Source: a virus (taxonomy: Duplodnaviria > Caudoviricetes). Taken from it: 45,122 nucleotides of DNA. Below, in pieces: positions 9,625-17,236 of this stretch. Every line of letters begins with the position of its first letter. Position 1 is the stretch's first letter. Location: positions 1 to 45,122 of the IMG/VR virus record IMGVR_UViG_3300011334_000276; one strand, 5' to 3'. The position numbers and the translations under genes are program-made. The notes beneath the pieces were generated by a model. It was not told where the DNA came from. It saw only the letters and a program-made list of their open reading frames with translations, and did not search any database.

Positions 9625-10476
9625 TTACTGCCCCAAGTTCATGAATGGAACGGCACCATTTGGCACCATGGTGGTGGGCAGAGCGCCGTTCCACTTCTCG
9701 GCTTGGGTGAGGGCAATCAGGCCAGCATTCTCGCGCAGCGCCTCGCCCTTGGCTTTGATGGCGGCGGCTTCGGCCTCACCCTGAATGCGGGTCGCCTCGG
9801 CGGCAGCCTTGGCCTCGGCCAGCTTGGAGTCGGCACTTGCCTGCGCCTTGATCACCGTGATTTCAGCCGTGATCTTTTCGCGCTCGGCGTTTTGCTTGAC
9901 CTTTTGAACCTCGACCTCGGCCAGCATACGATCCTCAATGGAACCCTCGTATGCGTCAGAGAAGTCGATGTTTTCAAGTTGCAGGCTGTCGATGATAATC
10001 GGGCCTTTCACAATGGATTGCAGAACGTCAAGCATCTCTGCCGCCATGCGTGGGCGATCCTGAATTGCTGTGACGGCGTTGTAGCGGCCAAAGACACCCT
10101 TCACCGCAGCAGGCAACTGGCGATCCAACAGGCGGGAGACAATGCCGTCTTGGCCCCCGTATTCTGCGTAGATTGTTGCAACCTGATCTGCGGGCAGGCG
10201 GTAGCTGACCGAAATTCTCAGGGCTGCGGTCTGCTGGTCTTTGGAGTACGACATCACATCTTCATATTGCCGTGCCTGATTTTGGATGCTGATGCGGCTG
10301 ACCCCGTCAATGAACGGGATTTTGAACCCCAGTCCCGCATCTGCGACCCCGATGACCGCCCCGTTGCGCAGCAGAACGCCACGCTCGCCTTGGTCGATGG
10401 TGTACCATGACAGCCATGTCGTTGTGAGCGCCAGTACGGCAATTGCAGACACTTTCAATGCTTTAAATTCATTCAT
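9625..10476 (-). CDS. SPFH / Band-7 / prohibitin family membrane protein
   Basis: N-terminal TM segment, GERGVLLR.G, GL.FKIPFI, SKDQQ, AE-rich coiled coil, EKWNG.LP. Confidence 0.92.
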   Translation of the reverse strand: MNEFKALKVSAIAVLALTTTWLSWYTIDQGERGVLLRNGAVIGVADAGLGFKIPFIDGVSRISIQNQARQYEDVMSYSKDQQTAALRISVSYRLPADQVATIYAEYGGQDGIVSRLLDRQLPAAVKGVFGRYNAVTAIQDRPRMAAEMLDVLQSIVKGPIIIDSLQLENIDFSDAYEGSIEDRMLAEVEVQKVKQNAEREKITAEITVIKAQASADSKLAEAKAAAEATRIQGEAEAAAIKAKGEALRENAGLIALTQAEKWNGALPTTMVPNGAVPFMNLGQ

Positions 10477-10523
10477 TTTTCAGTTCCTCATAATTAGCGT
10501 GATACCGTCACGCGCGGATTTTT

Positions 10524-10600
10524 TGGCCTGCGCCGAGGGACTCGAACCCCCAACCTAAGAAATAGAAGTTCCTTGCTCTGTCCAGTTGAGCTAGGCGCAG
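10524..10600 (-). tRNA. tRNA-Arg(TCT)
   Basis: acceptor CTGCGCC/GGCGCAG, D arm GCTC..TGG..GAGC, anticodon loop CT-TCT-AT, T loop GGTTCGAGTCC, encoded CCA; 77 nt. Confidence 0.95.
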
Positions 10601-10608
10601 TCTTTGTG

Positions 10609-10830
10609 TCACTCTGGCCGCAACTTCGGGAACGGCGACACGCTGGGTGCGCCCGTACCTTGGCAGTGTACGCCGATAACGTCCAGCCCCTGCGCCTCGA
10701 ACACGTCACGCATGGTGTTGATCTGCGCGCTGCACTCGGCGTAGGACGGGAACATCAGCGCCGCTGTCGGTGGATGCGCCTCAAGCGTCCCGCCCAGTGA
10801 GAGGGCCATGATTGTCCATGTGGGTATCAT
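10609..10830 (-). CDS. hypothetical protein, possible signal peptide
   Basis: hydrophobic N-terminus; F.S..EC and later C; ends PKLRP. Confidence 0.7.
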   Translation of the reverse strand: MIPTWTIMALSLGGTLEAHPPTAALMFPSYAECSAQINTMRDVFEAQGLDVIGVHCQGTGAPSVSPFPKLRPE

Positions 10831-10838
10831 TTTGTTTT

Positions 10839-11177
10839 CTACAAATTAGCTAAAGCGTGGCTTTTTTTCCATGCGTGAGTGTAGTCACCCTCGACCCAAG
10901 TGCCGTCACAGCCCTCTGCAAAACCCTCGCAGAACGCATCTTCGACAGCCTTGGCGAGTTTGGCCTCATTGGCCTGTATATGGTCGGCCATGGCCTGCGC
11001 GATCTTGAGCATTGAACCAACGCGCTGCATCTCCATAAAATCAAGATCGCGCAAGCAAGAACACCCGCCGTTTGTGTGCATCCCCGTGGTCTTTTCAATT
11101 ACGCAGTACCCATCGCTGCATCCGCCACCAAGGGCGGCCTGCATGTCACGATATTGCTTTATCAAATCATCAATCAT
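10839..11177 (-). CDS. hypothetical protein with Cys motif
   Basis: GCSDGYC.....GMHTNGGCSC. Confidence 0.75.
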   Translation of the reverse strand: MIDDLIKQYRDMQAALGGGCSDGYCVIEKTTGMHTNGGCSCLRDLDFMEMQRVGSMLKIAQAMADHIQANEAKLAKAVEDAFCEGFAEGCDGTWVEGDYTHAWKKSHALANL

Positions 11178-11392
11178 TTTGTTCTATCCAATTCTGCCAT
11201 TAGGGCTTGCCCACGGGCCAAAGCGTCAAGCCAATTGCCAGCGTGATCTTCATTTGAGGTGAAGAGAATTTCACGCAGCACGTCCGTGGCCTTGGCCAGC
11301 TTGGCGTTGAGGGCTTCAATGCGTTCGGCGGCGGTGTGGCATTCTGGGTGGTGCCAATCCCGCAGCCACTTGATAAGTTCTTCATCAGTCAT
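11174..11392 (-). CDS. hypothetical protein
   Basis: MTDEELIKWLR...AAERIEAL; ATGA-coupled. Confidence 0.75.
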   Translation of the reverse strand: MTDEELIKWLRDWHHPECHTAAERIEALNAKLAKATDVLREILFTSNEDHAGNWLDALARGQALMAELDRTK

Positions 11393-11583
11393 TTCACTTC
11401 TCCTTCTTTTACCCTGTAGACCTTAGAAAGTACGAAGCTGCGGGCGTTTATGCCAACCCACTCTCCATCCATTTCATACATGATAATCTTGTGGCCAGCG
11501 TCACGCATGACGCGAAACTCCTCCTGCATCTTGGGTGACAACAGGCCAAACGGGGTGACGTTGTTGTAGACGCTGCGTGTCAT
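11389..11583 (-). CDS. hypothetical protein
   Basis: ATGA-coupled on both sides. Confidence 0.7.
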   Translation of the reverse strand: MTRSVYNNVTPFGLLSPKMQEEFRVMRDAGHKIIMYEMDGEWVGINARSFVLSKVYRVKEGEVK

Positions 11584-11744
11584 TTCACCACCTTGTCCGC
11601 TACGGCACCAATCAAGAATACAATTGTCCACAGCAAATAGATAATTTTGTCTTGCTTGTCCTTTGCCCGTACGCCCTGAAAGACAGCGCCCGTTATGAGT
11701 ATAAACGAGATGACTGACATCACCTGATCAATGTAATACATCAT
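11580..11744 (-). CDS. small two-TM membrane protein (54 aa, not in ORF track)
   Basis: MMYYIDQVMSVISFILITGAVFQGVRAKDKQDKIIYLLWTIVFLIGAVADKVVK; ATGA-coupled on both sides. Confidence 0.7.
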   Translation of the reverse strand: MMYYIDQVMSVISFILITGAVFQGVRAKDKQDKIIYLLWTIVFLIGAVADKVVK

Positions 11745-12082
11745 GCCAATGCCCTCACGATGGCAAGAAACAGCGCGTCTTTCTTGCGCTGGAACTCTGG
11801 CAACTCCGCATATGGCACCATGCAGGGGTGCGTCTTGGCCACGGGGTCTTTGACCTCGCCGTACACCCAGCCATCCGCGATCTTCTGGGCCATCCAGTTG
11901 TTGTGCATATCCTCTGGCGTGGCATCTGGGTATTTGAAGGCATGTTCAACGCCGTTGATTGCGCTGTCGACTTGCCACTGCGGGGCGCTGCCCCAACTTG
12001 GTTGGCTAAAGTCTCCGTGCGTGACGCACCACGCGCGGTTGGCCTCGTGGCATATGATTGCGATGTGAATTATACTGGTCAT
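11741..12082 (-). CDS. RyR-domain protein
   Basis: HNNWM..K..DGWVYG..KD...KTHPCMVPY.ELP..Q..KD. Confidence 0.88.
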   Translation of the reverse strand: MTSIIHIAIICHEANRAWCVTHGDFSQPSWGSAPQWQVDSAINGVEHAFKYPDATPEDMHNNWMAQKIADGWVYGEVKDPVAKTHPCMVPYAELPEFQRKKDALFLAIVRALA

Positions 12083-12330
12083 TTCATTCTCCGTAAAATT
12101 GATGCGGCTTCCATCATCCCCGCCGCTTCTAAGGCGAGGATGCATTCGACGTTTGGCATCACCACCTTGGCGAAGCCACGGTCAGACAAGAGGTCAACAT
12201 CGGCTGACAGCTTGGTGACTTTCTTCTCGACCTCACGAATGAAGTCGTTTTGGTTTTCGATGTGCGCCAGCGCAAGCAGCGACAGCGGTGAGCCGTGGGC
12301 AAGCAGAGACTTCTCAAGATCGCTCTTCAT
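12079..12330 (-). CDS. hypothetical protein
   Basis: ATGA-coupled; coiled-coil character. Confidence 0.7.
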   Translation of the reverse strand: MKSDLEKSLLAHGSPLSLLALAHIENQNDFIREVEKKVTKLSADVDLLSDRGFAKVVMPNVECILALEAAGMMEAASILRRMK

Positions 12331-12698
12331 TTCATTGCCTCTTCCCAGTCGCACTTCCCCGTGTCGCGCAGGATTTCGACCGCCTTGGCAGCCTGCTGTG
12401 GTGTGGCTGACCATGCTTCTGAATACTCTTCTGAAGGGTAGCACAGTTTGTAAATCTCACTCAGGGATGTGCCTTCGGGGGATATAGACCTGACCGCATA
12501 CTCAACTTCCAAGTCGCGGGTGTCTTTGTTTCTGTACTGCACCCAGCCCCCGATGCAGCATGCGGAGCCGCAGGGGTGAGAAGAGATATGGCGGTTGTCA
12601 TACATGTATTGCATGTCAAAGCCCATCTTACGGCGGGGGCTGTTGTCGTCCAAGCCGCGCAGCAAGTTGGCCAGATCGGTAAGGTTCTTCAGTTTCAT
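12327..12698 (-). CDS. hypothetical protein, paralog B (HPCGSACCIGGW motif)
   Basis: aligns end to end with 12695..13072. Confidence 0.8.
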   Translation of the reverse strand: MKLKNLTDLANLLRGLDDNSPRRKMGFDMQYMYDNRHISSHPCGSACCIGGWVQYRNKDTRDLEVEYAVRSISPEGTSLSEIYKLCYPSEEYSEAWSATPQQAAKAVEILRDTGKCDWEEAMK

Positions 12699-13072
12699 GC
12701 TTTCACCTCCGCCATCGCGCGATCCCAGTCGCATTTTCCAGTGTCTCGCAGGATTTCAACTGCGCGAGCCGCCTGTTGTGGGGTGGCATCCCATGCGGGG
12801 GATTTGAGCCGTGGAAAGCACAGCATCTCAACCTCATCATAGGCCAAATATGGCGCGAGAGTTTTAACTGCCTGTTCCAGTGTCATTTCGCGGGTGTTTG
12901 GGTTGGAATGTTGCACCCATCCCCCAATGCAGCAGGCTGACCCGCATGGGTGATTGGAGGCAATCATGCTCCACCAGTCGAGACGCATATCAAATCCGAT
13001 GCCTCCCTCTGGATTGGTGTTGTCCAAGCCGCGCAGCAAGTCGGCCAGTTCTGTAAGGTTCTTCAGTTCCAT
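12695..13072 (-). CDS. hypothetical protein, paralog A (HPCGSACCIGGW motif)
   Basis: GAGG RBS; first gene of the leftward accessory operon. Confidence 0.8.
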   Translation of the reverse strand: MELKNLTELADLLRGLDNTNPEGGIGFDMRLDWWSMIASNHPCGSACCIGGWVQHSNPNTREMTLEQAVKTLAPYLAYDEVEMLCFPRLKSPAWDATPQQAARAVEILRDTGKCDWDRAMAEVKA

Positions 13073-13104
13073 ATTTTCCTCATAATTATGTTGTCTGTGT
13101 CACA

Positions 13105-13133
13105 TTGGTACAACCACAAAATAATGAAGTCAA
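13105..13133 (-). promoter_or_regulatory. leftward promoter of the accessory operon
   Basis: TTGACT-N17-TACCAA on minus strand, back to back with cassette copy 2. Confidence 0.55.
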
Positions 13134-13136
13134 TAG

Positions 13137-13217
13137 TGAAAATAGTTGTTGACCAGTACGAAGTACGATGTTAATCAGTTCACATGAGGCACGGTGCCTC
13201 GCCAACCAGATGGAGAT
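13137..13217 (+). promoter_or_regulatory. promoter-hairpin-RBS cassette, copy 2
   Basis: TGAAAATAG-N3-TTGACC-N17-TAATCA; CACAT GAGGC-ACGGT-GCCTC GC; TGGAGAT. Confidence 0.75.
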
Positions 13218-13218
13218 T

Positions 13219-13494
13219 ATGATGACAATTACCCTAGCAGACCGTTACGCCGCCGCCAAGAATGCCGCCGATGCGGCAAACAAGGCGCTGGATGCGCTTA
13301 AGGCCGAGATTAAGGCCATGGGCGTGGAAACCCTCGTGGGAGTTACCTGCGACCTTAAATTGTGCCTGTCCGAGCAAATGCGCTTGGATCAGTCCATGCT
13401 CGGCAACTTCCTGACCGAGCAGGAGATCGAGTTCTGCAAGAAACCCGTGCTGGTCGAAACGATCCGCATCAAAGCAAAGGGGCTGGTCGCTTAG
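13219..13494 (+). CDS. hypothetical protein
   Basis: directly after cassette RBS; N-terminal coiled coil. Confidence 0.8.
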   Translation: MMTITLADRYAAAKNAADAANKALDALKAEIKAMGVETLVGVTCDLKLCLSEQMRLDQSMLGNFLTEQEIEFCKKPVLVETIRIKAKGLVA

Positions 13495-13528
13495 ACCAGT
13501 CTACCACCACCAACGATAGGAGGCTGAC

Positions 13529-13609
13529 ATGACCAAATGCACATGCAGAGACGGGTTCGTCACAATGACATGTGGCCACTGCTGCGCGAACAAAAAACCG
13601 TATTTTTAG
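13529..13609 (+). CDS. tiny Cys-rich ORF (26 aa) or nonsense-interrupted 65-aa gene
   Basis: AGGAGG RBS; MTKCTCRDGFVTMTCGHCCANKKPYF*; frame stays open to 13726. Confidence 0.4.
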   Translation: MTKCTCRDGFVTMTCGHCCANKKPYF

Positions 13610-13682
13610 ACAACAGATGGCGGTCAGCGCATTTACATGAGCGACAAGGACGCGAGCGCACTTGTCAACAGCGGAGGAGAAA

Positions 13683-13892
13683 ATGGACACATACCCACCC
13701 CCACACATGCAAGAGTGGCGCAATAAGTTACTCCCAGATCAGGGCCACCTAGAGCCAAAGGCTGGATGGTGGCTCCAACTTTACAGCCCGCTGATGGGCC
13801 GTTGGAACAACATTGAATATTTAGGAGAAAATGAAAGTGACCTTCAACAAAGACCACGCCGAGAGGGTGGCGCGACTTCTTTTCCCACTTGA
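13683..13892 (+). CDS. hypothetical protein
   Basis: GGAGGAG RBS; MDTYPPPHMQEWR... Confidence 0.65.
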   Translation: MDTYPPPHMQEWRNKLLPDQGHLEPKAGWWLQLYSPLMGRWNNIEYLGENESDLQQRPRREGGATSFPT

Positions 13893-14010
13893 CGCGCCTG
13901 AAATGTGGCGCTGCGCGACAGAAAATTGCACCGCATGCGAAGCCATGGCTGCCGATTGGCAAGAAAAAATCAACACCGTGCTTAACGCACTCAAAACTTT
14001 GGAGAATTGA
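13831..14010 (+). CDS. hypothetical protein (59 aa, not in ORF track)
   Basis: AGGAG RBS; MKVTFNKDHAERVARLLFP...C....CTAC. Confidence 0.65.
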   Translation: MKVTFNKDHAERVARLLFPLDAPEMWRCATENCTACEAMAADWQEKINTVLNALKTLEN

Positions 14011-14011
14011 T

Positions 14012-14443
14012 ATGGGACTTGATATGTATTTGACGGCAGAAAAGTATTTCCCGCCATACAACGATGGGCCGAAGCCACGGGTTGGCGGCATCCCCAAGGG
14101 GTTTGTGGTCACGACCGTCTGCGTCCGCGCCGCATACTGGCGCAAAGCAAACCAAATCCATGCGTGGTTCGTGCGGGAAATTCAAAACGGCGTGGATGAA
14201 TGCCGAGAGCATCATGTGCCGCACGATAAGCTCAAGGAACTCGTCGAGCTGTGCAAGACGGTTATCGCTGAACCCGAAAAAGCGCCCGAACTTCTGCCCA
14301 CCAAGAGCGGGTTTTTCTTTGGCGATACGGAATATGGCGAATATTATTTTGAAGACCTGAAAAACACCGTCGAGCAGCTTGAGAAGGTTCTGTCGGGGTT
14401 TGACGAGAAGGTTTGGGACTTGAATTACCGATCCTCTTGGTAG
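14012..14443 (+). CDS. conserved hypothetical phage protein
   Basis: MGLDMYL, YWRKANQIH.WF, LLPT..GFFFG, Y.SSW signature. Confidence 0.85.
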   Translation: MGLDMYLTAEKYFPPYNDGPKPRVGGIPKGFVVTTVCVRAAYWRKANQIHAWFVREIQNGVDECREHHVPHDKLKELVELCKTVIAEPEKAPELLPTKSGFFFGDTEYGEYYFEDLKNTVEQLEKVLSGFDEKVWDLNYRSSW

Positions 14444-14491
14444 TGAAAATAGTTCTTGACCCCTGTGCATCGTACGATGTATCAGGGGTCA
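14444..14491 (+). promoter_or_regulatory. promoter embedded in a 35-bp imperfect palindrome
   Basis: TGAAAATAG-N3-TTGACC; TGACCCCTG...CAGGGGTCA; followed by GGAGG. Confidence 0.6.
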
Positions 14492-14503
14492 GGAGGAAAC
14501 AAC

Positions 14504-14689
14504 ATGTATATATATCAATCGATCACGGGACACTGGGAACTGGACTTCCTGACCAGTCAGGGAAAAAACAGCGCGCTGCGTGACGCGGCGGAGAAGGTCA
14601 CGGGGCAGCGGTATATCCTGCCGTCCTATGACACCAAGGATGCAGCCGAGGCCGCTATGGCCGAAATTTATAGGATTTATCAGCAATGA
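14504..14689 (+). CDS. hypothetical protein
   Basis: AGGAGG RBS; ATGA-coupled to the SprT-like gene. Confidence 0.7.
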   Translation: MYIYQSITGHWELDFLTSQGKNSALRDAAEKVTGQRYILPSYDTKDAAEAAMAEIYRIYQQ

Positions 14690-15309
14690 ACAATTACAAG
14701 ACACCATCGGCCGAAACATATGCGGGTCTGGAGCAGGCATTTGATTATTTCAACGAGGCGCTGTTCGAGAACCGCCTGCCGCCCGTGATGTTCACCCTCA
14801 CCCGCAAGCGCGGCGCGCACGGGTACTTCCATGCGGAGCAGTTTGCCCACCGCGATGGCGATAAGACCCACGAGATCGCCCTGAACCCCAACTCGATGGA
14901 TCGGGAGATCGGGGCGGTGCTGTCCACACTGGTGCATGAGATGACGCACTTGGAGCAGCAAGAGTTCGGAAAGCCATCCAAGAACGGTCACCACAACATG
15001 GAGTGGGCAAACCTGATGCTGCGCGTGGGCCTCACGCCCACAGACACGGGCAACGAGGGCGGTAAGATGACTGGCCGCAAGGTTACCCACATGATCGACC
15101 CTGACGGCCCCTTTGCGGCTGCTCTGGCCGACCTGATGCCGTTTGACATCCCCTACTTTACCCAGCCCATCGCAAAGGCTGAGAAGAAAAAGGACACGTC
15201 CAAGGTCAAGCATAGCTGCCCTACATGTGACGCAAAGGCGTGGGCCAAGGCAGGCTCGCGGCTGGTCTGCGGCGACTGTGACGAGGAACTGATTGGGGAG
15301 GAGGTGTGA
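14686..15309 (+). CDS. SprT-like zinc metalloprotease with C-terminal Zn ribbon
   Basis: FDYFNEALF..RLP, LVHEMTH (HExxH), HN.EW, CPTC...CGDC. Confidence 0.88.
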   Translation: MNNYKTPSAETYAGLEQAFDYFNEALFENRLPPVMFTLTRKRGAHGYFHAEQFAHRDGDKTHEIALNPNSMDREIGAVLSTLVHEMTHLEQQEFGKPSKNGHHNMEWANLMLRVGLTPTDTGNEGGKMTGRKVTHMIDPDGPFAAALADLMPFDIPYFTQPIAKAEKKKDTSKVKHSCPTCDAKAWAKAGSRLVCGDCDEELIGEEV

Positions 15310-15812
15310 TGGAATATCACGCATACACGACCCTAAACGAAATCCGCGAACTTTCGCCGTGCCGTAAAAGGTGGGAAAAACTTCTTTCGCACTTGGGCAA
15401 AACTCAGGCCGACGACGAGCCTTTGCACCTTGTAACCATTTTGGAAAGCAACGGCATCAGTGATGCGGTGTGGTGCTTAGATGCAAAATCTCTTGAGCGG
15501 CTTTCACGGCATTTTAAAGCGTGGTGCTGCGAACAAATTCTTCATAATTTTGAAGCTGTACACCCTGATGACTTTCGGGTGCGCAACCAAATCTCCATGC
15601 TGCGCAATGATGATGCCATGCCAGCACTGCGCACAGTTGCGCAGGAAGGCGCACGTTTAGCCTTGCGGAAAGCCAAGAAGGCATCCGCACAGCGCGCTGC
15701 ACGGGCAGCCGCATGCAAAGACGCATGGTTGGCTGCATGGGAAGTCGCATGGGATTATGGACGGGATGCCCAAGAAAAACAATTGCGGCTGATGATTGGG
15801 GAGGATGTGTGA
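15309..15812 (+). CDS. conserved hypothetical phage protein
   Basis: TTLN.IR..SPC...W.KLL..LGKT.ADDEPL....IL.SNG..DA.WCL; Ala/Trp-rich tail. Confidence 0.8.
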   Translation: MEYHAYTTLNEIRELSPCRKRWEKLLSHLGKTQADDEPLHLVTILESNGISDAVWCLDAKSLERLSRHFKAWCCEQILHNFEAVHPDDFRVRNQISMLRNDDAMPALRTVAQEGARLALRKAKKASAQRAARAAACKDAWLAAWEVAWDYGRDAQEKQLRLMIGEDV

Positions 15813-16051
15813 TGGCCAGCGATCTGCGGCACAAGACCCCCGAACAGCTTCGTGCGGAGATCGTCTATCAGGAGGAGAGGCTGAAGGAGTACGACAGAAA
15901 CATACCTGAGTGGTTGACGCTCATCGATAGCCTGCGCGCCCGACTGGATGATGCGGAGAAGGCTGTCGGTGTCTTGCGCCAGAAACGCAACAACCACCAC
16001 CAGCGCATGGTCTGGGCCAAGAATCACCTCTTGATGAAGGAACCCCTGTGA
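15812..16051 (+). CDS. hypothetical coiled-coil protein
   Basis: GGAGG RBS; coupled to neighbours. Confidence 0.7.
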   Translation: MASDLRHKTPEQLRAEIVYQEERLKEYDRNIPEWLTLIDSLRARLDDAEKAVGVLRQKRNNHHQRMVWAKNHLLMKEPL

Positions 16052-16170
16052 TGCCGCCTGATCTGGTGGCGTTTATGCGGTGGATCGGGCTGCTGGAGAC
16101 AGCGGCCCCGTCTGCGCCCCAAGCCCGCACAAATGGTGTATGGTACCCCGATGGGGACGTTCCATTTTAG
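16051..16170 (+). CDS. small hypothetical protein (39 aa, ends DGDVPF)
   Basis: TGATG coupling and AAGGA RBS; not in ORF track. Confidence 0.5.
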   Translation: MPPDLVAFMRWIGLLETAAPSAPQARTNGVWYPDGDVPF

Positions 16171-16490
16171 TTGATAGCGGTCTGGTTAGAGGTGGGTAGT
16201 TAGCAACTTTTTGGCCTGTAAGATATTGAAATGAAACGATATTTTGACTCGTTCGTAGTTCGTAGAGTGGTTAGTAGGATAGAGACACATATAGACATAC
16301 ATATCCAGGGACATTTTTAGGGACAAAAAGGTACCCCCCTCCAGGGACAAAAAGAGAGATAAAGAAATATATATATATATATACTATATACTATATATAT
16401 ATATACTATGTATATTTCTCTTATTTATCAATGAGTTAGGTTAGAATTGTTCTTAGTTTCAGTCTCGCTATCGTTACGCTACGAACTTTT
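16171..16490. other. putative replication origin (AT-rich non-coding region with direct and inverted repeats)
   Basis: (TA)n tract about 16367-16415; AGGGACA x3; inverted IHF-like boxes; AGTTCGTAG/CTACGAACT inverted pair. Confidence 0.6.
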
Positions 16491-16493
16491 TGC

Positions 16494-16561
16494 TTGCATG
16501 CCACGATGGGTATGTTAAGCAGTTCACATCGGGGCATTGAGCCTCGCTCAACACTGGAGAT
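16494..16561 (+). promoter_or_regulatory. promoter-hairpin-RBS cassette, copy 3
   Basis: TTGCAT-N16-TAAGCA; GTTCACATC GGGGC-ATTGA-GCCTC GC; TGGAGAT. Confidence 0.65.
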
Positions 16562-16565
16562 GATT

Positions 16566-16745
16566 ATGGATAACCTGACCGCGATTTTGATTTGTGATGG
16601 ATCACAGGATGCGACCGAGGATGAGGTGGTCGCAGCATGGCAGCACCTGATCGACACGGGACTGGTGTGGCAGTTGCAGGGGTTCTACGGGCGCATGGCC
16701 CGCGAACTGATCGAGCATGGCGTTTGCACGGCGGTGGCGGCATGA
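16566..16745 (+). CDS. conserved small phage protein
   Basis: AWQHLIDTGLVWQLQGFYGR.A..LI. Confidence 0.8.
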   Translation: MDNLTAILICDGSQDATEDEVVAAWQHLIDTGLVWQLQGFYGRMARELIEHGVCTAVAA

Positions 16746-17050
16746 AGTACGCAAATCACATTGCATATACGGACGTTCACCCGTTTGAGGTGCTGCGCAT
16801 TGTCAACTCGACGACACTGGAAATTCGTTCGATGTCAGCCGTAGAGCAGCCTTGGGAGCGTAAATTTCTGGCGGGCGGGTTCCTTGGCCACATGGAAAAT
16901 CAAAAAGATCAAGTGTGGGACATCCAGCCAGACAAGGATGGCGATGTCCTGCGCATCCGCCAGCACAAGGACGACAAGTGGTATGACCGAGATGGCGCGC
17001 GGTATTCTTTGGCCAACCAGCCTCGTCGGTTCCACGATTACAACTTTTGA
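16742..17050 (+). CDS. conserved hypothetical phage protein
   Basis: YTDVHPFEV, GGF.GH..NQ..Q.W, P..FHDYNF. Confidence 0.8.
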   Translation: MKYANHIAYTDVHPFEVLRIVNSTTLEIRSMSAVEQPWERKFLAGGFLGHMENQKDQVWDIQPDKDGDVLRIRQHKDDKWYDRDGARYSLANQPRRFHDYNF

Positions 17051-17059
17051 TGGGAGAAT

Positions 17060-17236
17060 ATGATGGAGAAGAATATCAACGTTTCGGCATTCCCAACGAT
17101 AGAGATTGTTGAAATATCTGTGGCAACTTCGTTTGATCCTTACTCGATTGAAATTGACATCACGTCCAAGGGGCAGATGGTCAAGCTGATTTCGGACTTG
17201 AAACACTGCGCGGCGCAATTGGGGTGGGAGGTGTGA
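17060..17236 (+). CDS. hypothetical protein (58 aa, not in ORF track)
   Basis: GGGAG RBS; GTGA-coupled to the Mom-like gene. Confidence 0.6.
   Translation: MMEKNINVSAFPTIEIVEISVATSFDPYSIEIDITSKGQMVKLISDLKHCAAQLGWEV

Noticed and set aside
10524-10600. tRNA as a prophage attachment site
   Set aside because: No duplicated tRNA 3' end, no integrase and no host genes; it sits inside a phage operon.
12327-13072. Diversity-generating retroelement template/variable pair
   Set aside because: Both copies are full ORFs, differences are not adenine-specific, and no reverse transcriptase is present.
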